A stretch of DNA of 64,000 nucleotides from Scyliorhinus canicula. Its lineage: Eukaryota. The notes beneath the pieces are model-generated. The model saw only the letters and a program-made list of their open reading frames with translations. It was not told the DNA's origin and did not search any database. Made by a program: the position numbers and the translations under genes. This document shows positions 1 to 13,945 of this stretch, one piece after another (the stretch's first letter is position 1; the number at the start of each line of letters is the position of its first letter). The DNA lies in contig NC_052153.1 in NCBI RefSeq assembly GCF_902713615.1, positions 154,544,807 through 154,608,806 on the forward strand, given 5' to 3'.

Positions 1-472
1 TGATCTTCAAAGTGACCAACTCAGTCTTTGACATGTCTCCCAAATCTGAAAAATATCACTGAAGAAGTGTTCATCACTCTTGGAGCATCAAAAGATAGTA
101 GCACTTTCTTTTGAGTCCTTATAGTCATTCTCGACACATTATTTGCCAAAGTATAAAGTTCCTGTTGCTAAAGGATCGCTAGCCACCTTCCTACTTTTGC
201 AATGTTGACAGGGACATGGGCAAATCTAATCCCTGGATTTTGAAGTTGCCAGAATGGGAGAAAGGCTGCAAACATGGACAAGCACTTTCTGGAGGTGCAA
301 ACGTTTAATGTTGCCATGAGGCTTATTGGGAGAAACCTTGCGCTGATGAGGTGAATTCCAGAATAGGAGAGATTCTGACATAAATATAGCTTATAACCAC
401 TAATCTCTCAAGGAACAGTAGCTATCTTACTGAACTAGATGGCATGAAAAGTAACAATAAGGTGCAAAACTA

Positions 473-2500
473 ATAAGATCATAAGAAATAGGAATAGGAG
501 TTGGTCTTTCGGTTCCTCGAGGCTGGTCCACTAATCAATAGGATCTGACATTACTCATGTCCACTTTCCTGCCCTTTCCCCGTAACCCTTGATTCCCTTA
601 CTGATCAAGAATATATCTATCTCAGCCGTATACAAGGCTCTGTCCCCTCAGCACTCTTTCGCAAGGCGTTCCAAAGACTCAGAACCCTCAGAGAAGAAAT
701 TCCTCCTCATGTTAGTCTTAAATTGGCACCCCTTTATTCTGAGACTGTGACCTCTGGTCCTGGACTCTCCCACAAGGGGAAACACCCTCTCAGCATTTAC
801 CCTGTCAAGACCCTTAAGAATCCTATATGTTTCAATGAGACCACCTCTCATTCTTCTAAATGCCAATGAGTAGAGTGAACCTTCTCTGAACTGCCTCCAA
901 TTAAATATCTTTCCTTAAATAAGGGGACCAAAACTGCTCACAGTGCTCTAGAGGTGATCTGACCAGTACCTTGTACAGTTGCAGCAGGACTTCCCTTCTC
1001 TTATACGCCAACCCCCTTGAAATAAGGACCAACATTCCATTAACATTACCGATTACCTGCTGAACCTGCGTGCCAGTTTTGTGTTTTGTGCTCAAGTACC
1101 CCCAAGTTCTTTTGTGTTGCAGCTTTCTGCAGTTTTTTCCATTGAAATAATCCTGTTCTTTTGTTCACCCTTCCAAAATGACCTTCACATTTTCTCACAT
1201 TATACTCCATTTGCCAACTTTTTGCCTTTTTAATTAACCCATAATATATCTTTGCAGTTTGTATCCCTTACAACTTGCCCTTTCATCTATTTTTGTGTCA
1301 TCTGCAAATTTGGCTGTCATACATTTGCTTCCTACCTCCAAGTCATTAATACAAATTGTAAACAGTTGCAGTTCAGCACTGATAGCAGATCACTAACCTG
1401 AAAAAGAACCCCTTATCCACACTCACTGTTTCCTGCCCATTAGGCAATTCTCTACCCATGCCAATATGCTATCTCCAACATCATGGGCTCTTATCTTGCG
1501 ACGTAACTTTTTGTGAGGGCCAACGCCTTCTGGAAGCGCAAATACGATACACCTACCGGTTCCCTTCTATACACTCTGCCTGACATTTCCTGGAAAAACT
1601 CTAATAAATTAGTCAGACACAATTTCCCTTTCATGATGCCACGCTGACTCCGCTTGATTAGATTATAATTATTTCCAAATGTGCTGCTATTACTTCCTTA
1701 ATAATTGACGGCGATTTTTTCCAACAATAGACGTCAGGTGAATCAGCCTACAGTTACCCGCTTTTTGTCTCCCTCCCATTTTGAATAGGGGAGTCACATT
1801 GGCAGTTTTCAAATCCACCGATATTTCTCTAGAATACAAGGATTTGTGGAAAATAACCAATGCATCCACTACCTCTGTCGCTACTTCTTTTAGGATCCCA
1901 GGAAGCAAGCCATCAGGGGCCAGGTAACAACTGCCTTTAGCCCCATTATTTTGTCTACTATTATTTCTTTAGTAACGATGATGGTATTTGATTCCTCCCT
2001 GTATTCTTTTGCATTAATGGGATGTTCGAAGTAGCTTCCACAGTAAAGCCTGATGCAAAACGTCTGTTCAACTCCTCTGCCATTTTCTTGTTCTCCTTGG
2101 CTATCTCCCCAGATTCATTTTCCAAGGGGCCCGTGTTCACTTTGACCTCGTTTTTCCTTTTTCTATATTTAAAGAAGCTCGTGTCAGTTTTATATTCCTT
2201 GCTAGTTTTCCCTCTTAGTTTTTCTCTCTATTACCTTTTTAGTCCTCCTTTGCTGGATTTTGAATTTATCCAGGTCTTCAGAGCTATCACTGACTTTTGC
2301 CTCCTTATATGCTTTTTCTTTCAACTTAATACTCTCCTTAACCATGGTTTGTTTATCCTTCTCTTAGAATCTTGCCTCCTTACTGGGATATATTTTTGCT
2401 GAGTCATGAATTACCTCCTTAAATGTCTGCCACTGCTTGTTTACTGACTTTCCTGCTAATCTATCTGCCCAGTCCACTTAAATTAACTCTGTCCTCATTT
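473..2500 (-). mobile_element. CR1 LINE, degraded ORF2 plus 3' tail
   Basis: ORF fragments (LKEVATEVVD..ANVTPLFK, LQLYKVLVR..QFWSPY, GESRTRGHSL) and a CR1-type tail at the left end. Confidence 0.9.
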
Positions 2501-3389
2501 AATTATAATTCTCTTTAGATTAATTAACTTGGATAATTTGTAGACAAATGGGAAAACCACTGCAATTTTATGCAAAAAGTCAAATCACTTGCTTTTTGAG
2601 AAGCAGACCTGCCACCCCAATTTAATCTGGCCCACAGGTCAACCCCTAAGGAATGTGTAATAAATGTTTGTTTTCCAGTATCGTTCACATTCTAAGAGAA
2701 TACTTTTCAAGTCATCTTCTTGCGGCATCCAGAGCATAATGGAGAGTTTTTCAAGGCTCTTACTTCTTATTTCAAATCCTTTTAAATTGGTCTCCAAAAA
2801 ATTAACACTTGCCTTAACATGTGGATCTAATCATAGGACTATAGGTCCAAGGGAAATTAAATTCTGTGGAAGAACACTGCACCAGTCCATAAATAGCAAC
2901 AATTGTTGATTATTCCAATATTTTTTTACTTTGTATTGCACGTTATCAAGAGTTGGCCAGATGTTATTTTGGCTCCGGCCAGCATCAACACTTGCTCACG
3001 AATAAGCTTGGCCAAGTGTTTTTTGGATAATCCATCCTGCAATGATCCATATGTTATTATTGCAAATACAGAGCTGCATGACAAATGGAAAAAATTACTG
3101 TAACTTGCCCATATATGGAATATCCTTTGAGGAATCAGTGATAGTTTAAGTGAACAGATTAGACTTCCAGATGTTAGTGGAGTCAAAACAAAACCTCTGA
3201 AAGCATTTAACAAACAACAGTATACTAAAATGGGGGTGGGGCTGCTTCAGGAGCATTCACTAATTTCTATCCCCACTTAATGCCTTCTCTTGAGCTCATT
3301 GTATTTCAACTTCCCTTCTGGTCTCCACTGTTAGCTGACATTGTAAATGGCTCCCCTATCTGCACGTATTGTCTTTTGCATATTCAATT

Positions 3390-3760
3390 AAAAAATTTTT
3401 TTTTTTTTAAAAAGGCGAGGAAGATGTCACAGAGAGAAGCATGGGGGGGGGGGGGGGGGGAAGAAAGAGAGAGAGAGAGTGAGAGAGGAGACGACGGGGG
3501 GCGGAAAGGGGGCAGGAAGCTCCCCCCCCCCACCACACACATCGAACCCATAAGGCTTACAACAAAAATTGCAGAAAAGAGAACAGGAGCTCAGCAATAG
3601 AGCTCCAGGGCGGAAGAGTTGGGGACAGTTAGAGAGGGGGGGGGGGAGATACAACAATAAATATGTGTATAAATAAGAAACTGTACAAAATGTAAATATT
3701 AGACACAAAAGTTTCACTCTGTAAAATTGAAAAACGCCAATATAAAACATTTTTAAAAAG
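3390..3760. mobile_element. Probable L1-clade 3' UTR fragment with poly-G tracts
   Basis: G-runs and an A-rich end (aaaacgccaatataaaacatttttaaaaa) resembling the L1 3' ends at 31457-31841 and about 61700-61820. Confidence 0.45.
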
Positions 3761-3899
3761 GCACTCCAAATCTGCATCCATGGTTTCCATAATCCTATGC
3801 TTGAATCTCTCCTTCCATTTGTGTTACAGCACTGAACCAGCCCGAATTAAAATCAGAAATTACATCCTCTCTAATTGAGGTACGTTGTCGGTCTTGTTA

Positions 3900-4995
3900 C
3901 AGAATGCTAACAGCACCGGAGGCCACCATTCAGCCCATTGCATCTGTGCTGGCCGCTTCCTTTTGAGGTAATTCAATTCCCTCTTGAATGCTTCAGTCAC
4001 CTCAACCATGCTCTCTAATTGAACCACTCGCTCATTGAGTTTTTTCCCTTCTGCCACCATTGTTTCTTCTGCCAATTACTGTAAATCTGTGCCCTCCGGT
4101 TCTCAATCCGTCCATCAATGGGAACAGCTTTTCCCCATCTACTCTGTCCAGAGCGCTCATGATTTTGAATACTTCTGTCAATCTCCTCTCAGCCTTCTCT
4201 TCTCCCAGGAACCCTGTCCCAGCTTCTACATTCTACGTAACAGAAGCTCCTTATCTCTAACTATTCTCGTATATCTTTTCTGTCTCCTCTCTCGATGCCT
4301 TTGCACCCTTCCTAAAGTTGGCACACACAACTGGATGGAACACTCCAGTTAAGGGCAAACCAGTGTCTTTTCCAAGTTTAACAAAACTTCCTTGTTCTTG
4401 TACTCAATGCCTCTATTAATAAAACCTAGGATGCTCTACGCCTTATTAACCATGCTCTTAACTTATCCAGCCACCTTCATTGACTTATTGCTCCAGGTCC
4501 CTCAGCTCCTATACTCTCCATGTTCTTCCGACCAAAATGAATCACTTCACAATTTCATCTGTCACTTCCCTGCCCATTCCACCAACCTATGTCCTTTTGA
4601 GGTTCTACACTATCCTCCTCACGGTTCATAATACTGCATGATCTACAAATTTTGAAATTGTTGCTTTACACTACTAATGATCTTTAATATTTGAAATGAA
4701 ATGAAATGAAAATCGCTTATTGTCACGAGTAGGCTTCAATGAAGTTACTGTGAAAAGCTCCAAGTCGCCACATTCCGGCGCCTGTCCGGGTAGGCTGGTA
4801 CAGGAATCGAACCGTGCTGCTGGCCTGCTTGAAAAGCCAGCGATTTAGCCTGGTGAGCTAAACCAGCCCCTTATTTCTATGGATAGCTGGGGTTCTAACA
4901 CAACCCCTCGGGAATGGCTCTATAGCCTTCCTTCAGCCTGAAAAACCTACATTAACCATTACTCTGTTTTTTTGTCACTTGACCATATTCAGATC
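3900..4995 (-). mobile_element. Old CR1 3' fragment interrupted by a SINE
   Basis: CR1-like end (AFKREL..WAEW.PPVL) and RT remnants. Confidence 0.75.
4692..4870 (-). mobile_element. Short tRNA-derived SINE with (TTTCA)n tail
   Basis: Minus strand starts GGGGCTGGTTTAGCTCA (A box), has GGTTCGATTCC (B box) and ends in TTTCA repeats. Confidence 0.85.
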
Positions 4996-4997
4996 CA

Positions 4998-5150
4998 TGG
5001 TGGCACAGTGGCTAGCACTACAGTCTCTCGGCGCCAGGGACCCAGGTAAAAATTTGGCCTTGGGCGACTTGTGTGAAGTTTGCACGTTCTCCCAGTGTTT
5101 GCGTGGGATTCCGCCCACAGTGCAATGGTGTGTAAGTTAGTGGTGCAGGG
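4998..5150 (+). mobile_element. V-SINE/HE1-like SINE fragment
   Basis: tggtggcacagtggctagcac head plus central tttgcacgttctccc..gcgtggg domain. Confidence 0.8.
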
Positions 5151-6699
5151 AAATTGTTAAATAATTAACCCATTTTGTCCCAAGCAGGATGGATCTTTTG
5201 TGTTTTACTTTATAGGTAACTGCAAGTGGAACAAGATTTGCAGTAGCTTCAGGAATTTGAGAATTTATTTGATAGAATCATAGCATCTTAGAATCACAAC
5301 AGTGCAGAAAGAAGCCATTTACCTATCAGTCTGCACTGACCCTCTGGGGGAGGCATGCCCAGGCCTACTGGCCCGCTCTATCCCCATATTCCCACCTAAC
5401 CTACACATCCTTGGAAATCCATATGGAACACCCCTTAGTGCAGATTCTGAACATGGGAAGATTGAAAATGATCTCGGATATTAGAGGATTCAAGGGGAGT
5501 GTTTATTTCTTAAATGGGTGGGTTACAGTAGTTAAGGGCGAGGAACAACCAAGTGGGACATATGAACATTGAGGCAGATTGGAGTTGAGGGAGTGAGTAG
5601 GGTAGGAGAAGAGTGAATGAAAAGCCAAGAACAGGATGGATGATAGTTGAAAAAGGCAGGATGAAATTAAAAAAGGAATCTATTTGAGAACAACGATGGT
5701 GTTAAAATAAAAACATATAGTTTAACTGGCGTCCATGGACATAAGGACAAAACCTTTTTTGAAGAGAGCCTACAACTGAAGACAAAGAGGAGATGAATTG
5801 GAAATTAATAAAAATCTGAAAGCCAACAACACTGTTGTTTGAATTTGGGACATCTCTGGGACGTGAAATGGCAATGGAATTTAGCAAGTTATCCTAAAAA
5901 AATTGTAATTTAAGAAAAGGAACAAGGAATCAAAATGTTACTGCCTGGAAACAAATGGAAATTTTGATTTCTGTTTTAAACATGAAGTGTTTAATTGGAC
6001 TGCAAGATTTCTCCAGGGCTTATGGCTGGGATAGGATTGAGACAGGAAATCAAAACAGGAAATGGGAATTGGAATATTGGGTGCAATTCAATGGAATATT
6101 TCAATCTGGCATTAATATGAAGGGGAAAGTTTAAAGGAGGCTAGTAAATTGATAAACTTTGCCTTGGTAATGTTTGTGACCTTGTCTATGCTTTTTTTTT
6201 TAAAAAGAGAACAAAAGTTTGATACTCTGGTCACCATCCAAGGCATCTAGACCATACTTGGAAATATAAGCAACAACTTTGAGATCTTTTTGGTAAGATC
6301 ACAAAAAGGTTCACGAATGTGTGGTATGACATTGGGGGCACTGCATACATGTACAGATGAGTTACATGCGAAGTGACTAATAGGCAGGCTTGCCATTATG
6401 CATTGAAGAGCAGGTCCCATGCATGCACACTACTTAATAAACAGCATGGCTGGAAACGGGCAATGGGGCCAACAGAGTGAAACAACACCATTAAGTGATC
6501 AAGGTACTGACACATACTCCATTGAGAAACTGACTTTAAAATAATTGGGACAGAATCAAACACACTGATATCTGTCAAAATTAGCACAATTGAAGTGACA
6601 GGGTAAATTCTTTGGATAAGAACAAGTGCCTGGTAGCAAGTAAACTTGGCGAGGAGCATTACTCTGGGTCTCTGGTTTACTAGTCCAGTGACAATACCA

Positions 6700-7560
6700 C
6701 TACGCCATAGCCTCCCCTGTGCCCAAACACTCTCTCCTTTAAAGTCAGCCCTTTGTCCTTTGTACAGTTGCAGATTTTCCTGTCACCCTTTGATTCCAAT
6801 TTTTCTGGGTGAAATCTGTTCTTACCCCATTGAAGCTGGCTTTCCCAGTTAATTATTTTTGACTCTGGATTGTTCCTTGACCTTTTATATAGCCAACTAA
6901 AACCTTGTGACACAATGATCACCATCCTATAAATGTCCCTCTACTGACATTTGATCCCCTTGGCCCACTTCAATAACTTTCCTCCCAACCCCAGGATTTT
7001 CTGCAACCAGTGACATCCTTGCCGCTGGCACTAGGGAGTCAACATGCCGTCCTTGATTCACATTTGCAACTGTAACAAGGCTAATCTATTTACCCAATTA
7101 TCGAGTCTCCTATCAGTATTGCTCTTCCAGTCTCCTTCGTTCTCCCATATACATCTGAGCCAACCATGGTGGCACTCCCCAGATTAGCCATCATTTTCAT
7201 CAGGATTCGGAACAAAGTACTGGTTGGAGTGTGAAGTGCCCCTAGGGGACAACTGCACTACCCGCCTGCTTTTACTTGACTGCCTGGTGGCCACCCATTC
7301 CCGTCTCCCTGCATCTGTTTAACTGTGGGGCGGCCACATCTATAAATGTGCTATCGACGAAGTTCTCCACCTTACAGATGCACCGCAGTGACGCTAGCTG
7401 CTCAAGTACTGAAAGAGCTGGAATTTGAGCTACTACAACTGTCAATTCTTCCACACAAATGGTTATCAGGAAGCATTCTGCAGTTCTAATGTAGCACAGG
7501 ATGTGACATTAGAGATCGGAGCTGCCCTGCCATTCCTCTATCTACTGATCGTAAACCTCG
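6700..7560 (-). mobile_element. Old CR1 5'/ORF1-ORF2 remnants
   Basis: Similarity to the CR1 ORF1 and endonuclease region at 54900-55745. Confidence 0.55.
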
Positions 7561-8099
7561 CTACTACTAGGAGTAAACCTCACTGATTAAAAAGACTTAG
7601 CAATTACTCACCTCCCTTCTGTTGACATCACTTAAAAATGTGGAAGCTAACTGAAAAAATTACGTAATCTTTTATTTATTTTTAATTTCCCAGCTGCTTA
7701 GACTAAATCCCTAGCTTTAGAGAAGGAGAAACAAAAGCAATACTCATATGCTAATCAACTGTCAGCCTTCCTAGTGATTTCACAGGTTGATATTCTTTTT
7801 CCACCTTTTCAAAACAATGGCACACCCAGGCTCATTCTGCAAGTCCAGTTCAAAACTCTGTAGCCTCTCAGTGAAAAAACTATTCTCACCCCTCCCCTCT
7901 GTTGTCCCGCCTTTGTTTTGTTCCACTTTTACCCATCTAATTAAAGCTATAGCAACTCCACAAATGGTTTCCCACCATGGTTACCTTGGAATTGATCCAA
8001 GAGCCTGTCCTCATCCGTCAACCAGTGCCACTGAATTCATGCCCCCTCCCAACCCCGCCTCAGGCAGAATCAAATTATTCTCAACCTCAGCATTTCATT

Positions 8100-8900
8100 C
8101 ATCAGAATTCTGCTTCTGACCTCAAATAGTCTCCATCACAGGACTCATTGTCGTCATTTTGAATGACTGGCAGCAAGTTGTTGCCAGTCATTAATGTCAG
8201 TGCTGCCGTGCTTCCAGGAAGAGCGTCAGTGCTTTTAAAGTGTTTTCTTTGTCCTCTATTGGAACTTTGGCCATTTGAGAGTTGAGTAAGCAGGATCTGG
8301 TGCGGGAGATGTTTTTCAGCCATCGAGACAGCACCCAGTTTATCATAGTTGATCTTTCATGAGTTTTGCCTGAACGCTCATGGAATTGGTTTCACAAGGA
8401 CACCAGCGTTTGTTTGACAATCCTCCCACTGAATCAGAGGGATGTAGGAGAGGTATTGCTGTTGGAATTTCTCGAGCTCTTGTGCATGGCTGATACAGAG
8501 TCTAAGTCTCACTTCAGGAGTGTGGTGATGGGAACTGCTGTGTACACTAGGACCTTTGTTAACTTGAGGTATTTGCTGTTTAATACTTTCTAACATAGTC
8601 GGTAGAAGGCTGAGCGAATATAGTTGATCTGGTGTTGGAAATCCTCATCAATGGTGGCCTTTTGATAGGAGTAGCTGCCAAGTTATGGGAAGTGCTTAAC
8701 ATTTGAGAGAGCATCTCCTTCAACATATAAGGGAGATGAAATGTCTGGCTGACCATTGTGGGTTGATAGTTTTTTTTTACAACAATGAAGGATAAGCAGT
8801 AGTCTAAAGGTCGGGTAAATGTTATTGTATTTATTTCTTTATTCTCCATGTGCTTTTGGACTACAATATAGTCATGCCAAACATAATTTGGTTGGTTCAT
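8100..8900 (-). mobile_element. RTE-clade LINE fragment
   Basis: HLPHQILLTQL..G.S.RGQRKHFK and LEKFQQQYL..I.WED motifs typical of the RTE C-terminus. Confidence 0.75.
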
Positions 8901-10069
8901 TTAAACCTATATAAAAAATGACAAATATACCGAAATGCAGCACTTTTGGCAGACATGGTGATGAGTTATTTTTAAAAAGGTACACATACTGCCCAGGTGT
9001 AATTTCTATTGCTCGGCAATAATTTGCAATAGATTTTCATTATTTTGTTGTGCACTGTGAAATTCATGGCCCACTGATTCTGCAACCTTCTACGGGCAAT
9101 TGAGTTAAGTGTCTTGATTTAAATAAAGCTAGAGCAACAGCACAATAAAATCAATGTGCATTCAGTAGCAATAAGCATTTGGAAGTCTGCAATGGTGACC
9201 AGATCTGGTGCGAGAGCTAAATATCATGTGCTCACTGCAAAGCAATTGGCAAAAAAAATCACTAAAAAAGATCATTCACCCATAAGACATAGGAACAGAA
9301 TTAGGCCACTCACCCCATCGAGTCTGCTCTGCCTTGCCACCTTCTCACATCACTACAGCCCCATCTTATCAAAGCATCTATTCCTATACATGGAAACCCA
9401 CTCAATTTATTGGCCACTAAGAAAAATATCCCAGCGTCATTCCACATTTCCCTTTCACAATTTGAACTTGCGACCCTTGCTGTTGTCACTGCATTGAAAT
9501 AACGAGACAACATCAATGTCTTCTGCCTCCAAAAGGAAACCTGTTTTGTCCAAGAGGAAAGTTGTGTATTACATTGGGAGTACGCTAACCCCTTATCCAG
9601 CATATCATTTTACATGTTGTTGTGCAATACATTGTATTTCTTTCACCAGTTTCCCAAAGGAGCTTCTTTCCATGTAAATATTCAACAGCTATTTACAAAG
9701 ATGCTGAAGGCTAAATGTTCCAATGGTATAAAAAATCAACATTAATAATAGTGCTATGAGAGTGCTTTGCAATTTGCAAAATAACAACCACATGATATCT
9801 AAGAAAACACCCATGTCCTGGGGGCTTTAAAAGCAAATATTCTAATGGAGCGACACATTATGTTTTGAGATGAGAACAGACTGGATACTGAAGAGTCCTA
9901 CGCTTTCTACCTGACCATACAAGATAATGGAGTGCATCACAGAATTGTTACAACAGGTAACATTCAGCCAGTCATGTCTGGGGTTGCTCTCTGAATGAGG
10001 AAATAATGTCTTACCATTCCCCTGCCTCCTCCCTGTAATCCTGCACATTCATTTTCAAACAATAAAAGT

Positions 10070-10345
10070 GAAGCTGAATGGCTTGCAGTTAAGGGAGTCA
10101 GGCCGTAGGCCAAGTAAGGACACAGATTTCCTTCCCTAAAAGAAATTAGTAAAGTAAATGGATTTTACAACAATCCAATCGGTTCATGATCGTGACTGTG
10201 AAACTATTTTATTTTCCAAATTTATTAACTGAATTTAAATCCCACCACCCATTAAGGCAGGCTTTGAACCCATGACCTCAGAGCATTAGATTTGAGTGTC
10301 TAGATTTCTAGCTCAGTAACATTATCGCTGTGCCACTCTGCCTGC
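10070..10345 (-). mobile_element. DeuSINE-like (SacSINE1-like) SINE, degraded
   Basis: Reverse complement of the element at 19402-19755. Confidence 0.65.
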
Positions 10346-10719
10346 AATCCTTGACTGATGCTTTTTGAATGCATCAATACTAAATCAAAGATAATAGCCT
10401 GAAGTTTATACACATAACAAAGGTGAGGCTATTATTAACAAAGTAAATCGGAGAGTATCTTCCAACATCCAGACATGCACAGGGGGAAGGAAACCTGCAA
10501 GCTGCTGTCTAAGACACCCTTCTCTTCCACAGGAAGCACTGCAACTGCACTCATTGATTATATTCAGCATTCAAAACAACGTGAAGGCATGAAGTTGGGA
10601 TTCTTGCCCACGGGCTGGTACATTCAGGAGTAAATTAATTTATATAACAATGGGATATTTAAATTACTAACAAACAGCCGCTCTGGCTCTGAATATTTAA
10701 TTTTACAAATGCGGTATCT

Positions 10720-11035
10720 CATTCATTCATTATCGTTACTAGTGTCACAAGTTGGCTTACATTAACACTGCAATGTGGTTACTGTGAAAAGCCCCTAGTC
10801 GCCACACTCCGGCACCTGTTTGTGTACACTGATGGACAATTCTGAATGTCCAATTCACCTAACAAGCATGTCCTTCGGAACTCGTGGGAGGAATCCAACG
10901 CACCCAGAGGAAACCCACACAGACAGGGGAAGAACATGCAGACTCCCCAAAGACAGTGACCCAAGCCAGAAATTGAATCTGGGTCCCTGGCGCTGTGAAG
11001 CCACAGTGTCAACCACTGTGCTACCGTGACAGCCC
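10720..11035 (-). mobile_element. V-SINE/HE1-like SINE with ttttcacagtaac..gtgaca tail
   Basis: tRNA head, V-domain, tail shared with the copy at 22310-22635. Confidence 0.85.
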
Positions 11036-11679
11036 ACCAGAAGTTAAGTACTGTTGGAGATTGATCAAACATTAATTTTGAGTTACTTGTCAGAGAATAT
11101 GTACAAAACTATTAGAACTCTTCACTTTTCAGTTATATATAACCTAACTGACACAAATTGAGCAGTTATGCATTCAACGCTGTCCATATCAAATGCAAAG
11201 GAAGCAAAATCTGTCAAAACCAAAAGTGAATATTCCAAGGGTGCCCAATGAAATATAGAACATGAAAATGCTGTTACAAAATAGTATGGCTTGTCATTGT
11301 TAAAACAAATAAGGAAATTGTGAAATTAGACATTGGTTTGAAGTACGTTGAATCTAGAAGATGTCAAGGAACTTCCCAATCAGCTATTATTTAATGTATC
11401 ATGCACGGAATTTACCGCAGACTCAAAGCAGGCTTATTATTTATTTAAGAACATTGATGGAGTTTCAAGCAGAAGTGTACGACTGGGATTTTTTGGTCAA
11501 ATGTTCCAGTTTGCACCAATAAATAAATCTTTTATCAGTTTACAGATAGGTCATAAAAAATTAAAATGCCATTAAATAATTATATGCGCATTCTCCACCC
11601 AGATTATTTCAACCCAAATGTTGCTTAGGAAACCGCATAAACTGAATAGACATGATAGGCAGAAGCATGGCAGAGAGCT

Positions 11680-13945
11680 GGGAAAACCTGTTACATTAAA
11701 TTACATCTATTTCAATGCAAGAAGGCGGACAAGTAAGGCTGATGAACTCAGGGCATGGATAGGTATGTGGGACAGGGATATTATAGCCATAACTGAAACA
11801 TGGCTAAGGGAGAGACAGAACTGGCAGCTTAATGTTCCAGGGTACAGGTGCTTTTGGTGGGACAGAGGTGGAGAAGAGAGGAGGGGGAGTTGCATTTTTG
11901 ATTAAGGCGAGCATCACGACAGTAGTCAGAGATGAAATAACTGAGGGATCATCCAGCGAGGATTTGAGGGTGGAGCCAAGACATAAGAAGGGGAATGTGA
12001 CCTTATTGGGGTTGTATTACAGGCCCCCAAATAGTCAATGGGAATTACAAGAAGAAATATACAGAGATTGGGGAGACTTGCAGGAGTAACAGGGTTGTCA
12101 TAGTAGGGGAAGTGACTGAGGTGATGGTGGGAGACAACTTTGGACCAGTGACCATAATTCTATTAATTTTAAAATAGTTTTGGAAAGGAACAAAACTGGT
12201 CCACAGGGGCAAATTCTAAATTGGGGCAAGGCGAATTTTGATGGAATTAGACAGGAGCTTGCAAGGGTTGATTGGAGTAGCTTGTTTGAGGGCAAACGGG
12301 CCTCCGACAAATGGGGTCTCTGGCAGGTGGGAACAGCTAGAGTTCAGGGTCTATATGTTCTTGTTAGGGTGAAGGGCAAGGCTGGCAGGAGTAGGGAACC
12401 CTGGATGTTTGGGCCAGGAAAAAGGAGGCATGGCTCAGGTACAAGCAGCTGAAATCAAGAGACTCCCTGGAGGGGACAGGGGATACAGGAGTATACTCAA
12501 GATGGAAATTAGGAGGGAAAAAAGGGGGCATGAGATAGCTTTGGCCGAGAGGATTAAGGTGAATCCAAAGGGATTTTAAAAGTATATTAAAGGAAAAAGA
12601 ATAACTAGAGAGAGATTAGGACACCTCAAGGACCAAAGTGGACACATATGTGTGGAACCACAGGAGATGGCAAGGCTCTCATTGAATATTTCTCCTGTGT
12701 GTTTACCGTGGAGAAAGGCATGCAGACTTTGGAACCAGGGAAGGTTAGTGGCGATATATTGGGGACAGTTCGCATTACTGTAGAGGAGGTGATGGACGCA
12801 TTATAATGTATGAAGGCCGATAAATCTCCTGGCCTTGACCAGGTATATCCAAGAACACTGAGGCTAGGGAAGAAATTGCAGGAGCCCTGGCTGAGATATT
12901 TGCATCATCATTTTAGCCACGGGTGAGGTACCAGAAGACGGGAGGGTAATGAATGTTGTGGCCTTATTTAAGAAGGGCTGCAAAGAAAAACTGGGAATTA
13001 TAGACCGGTACAACCTAACATCTGTGGTGGGTACGTTACTTGAGAGGATTCTGAGGGATAAGATATCCAGGCACTTGGAAAGACAGGGTTTGATTGGGAG
13101 TAGTCAGTAAGTTTGCAGATGACACTAGGTGGTATTGTAGACAGTGAGGAGGGATATCAAAAATTGCAGCAGGTGTTGCATTTTGGAAAGTCAAATCAAG
13201 GTAGGACTATCACAGTGAATGGTAGGACCTTAGGGAGTTTGGTGGGACAGAGGGACCTTGGAGTTCAGGTGCACGGTTAGGGTAGGTAGATAGGGCAGTG
13301 AAGAAGGCTTTTGGCATGCTGGCCTTCATCAGGCAGGGCATTGAGTATAGAAGTTGGGAAATTATGTTGAAATGGTAAAAACGTTAATGAGGCTGCACCT
13401 AGAGCAGTGTGTTCAGTTTTCGTTGCCTTGCTATAGGAAAGATGTTATTAAACTGGAGAGAGTGCAGAAGAGATTTACAAGGATGTTACCAGGACTCAAG
13501 GGACTGAGTTATAGGGAGAGATTGGACAGGTTCAGACTTTTTTCTTTGGAGCGCAGGAGACTGAGGGGTGATCTTACAGAGGTGTATAAGATGATGAGAG
13601 GCATGGATAGGGTAAATGCACTCAGTCTTTTTCCCAGGGTTGGGGAATGGAGAACTAGAGGGCATAGGTTTAAGTTAAGAGGGGAAAGAATTAATGGGAA
13701 CCTGAGGAGCAAATTTTTTTACGCAGAGGGTGGTACATATGTGGAATGAGCTGCCGGAGGAAGTGGCTGAGGCAGGGACATTGGCAATATTTAAACGGCA
13801 TTTGGACAGATAACGGCATTTGGATTGGAAAGGTTTAGAGGGACATGGGCCAAATGTAGGCAAATGGTGTTAGCTTAGATGGGCTTCTTGGTTGGCATGG
13901 ACCAGTTGGGCCAAAGAGCCTGTCTCCGTGCCGTAGATTCTATGA
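11680..13945 (+). mobile_element. CR1 LINE ORF2 (endonuclease-RT) with deletions and frameshifts
   Basis: IIAITETWL, GGGVAFLI, YYRPPN, LERVQKRFTRMLPG and a CR1 3' tail. Confidence 0.92.

Noticed and set aside
4800-4870. tRNA genes here and at other SINE heads
   Set aside because: A and B boxes are present but run into SINE bodies, with no complete cloverleaf.
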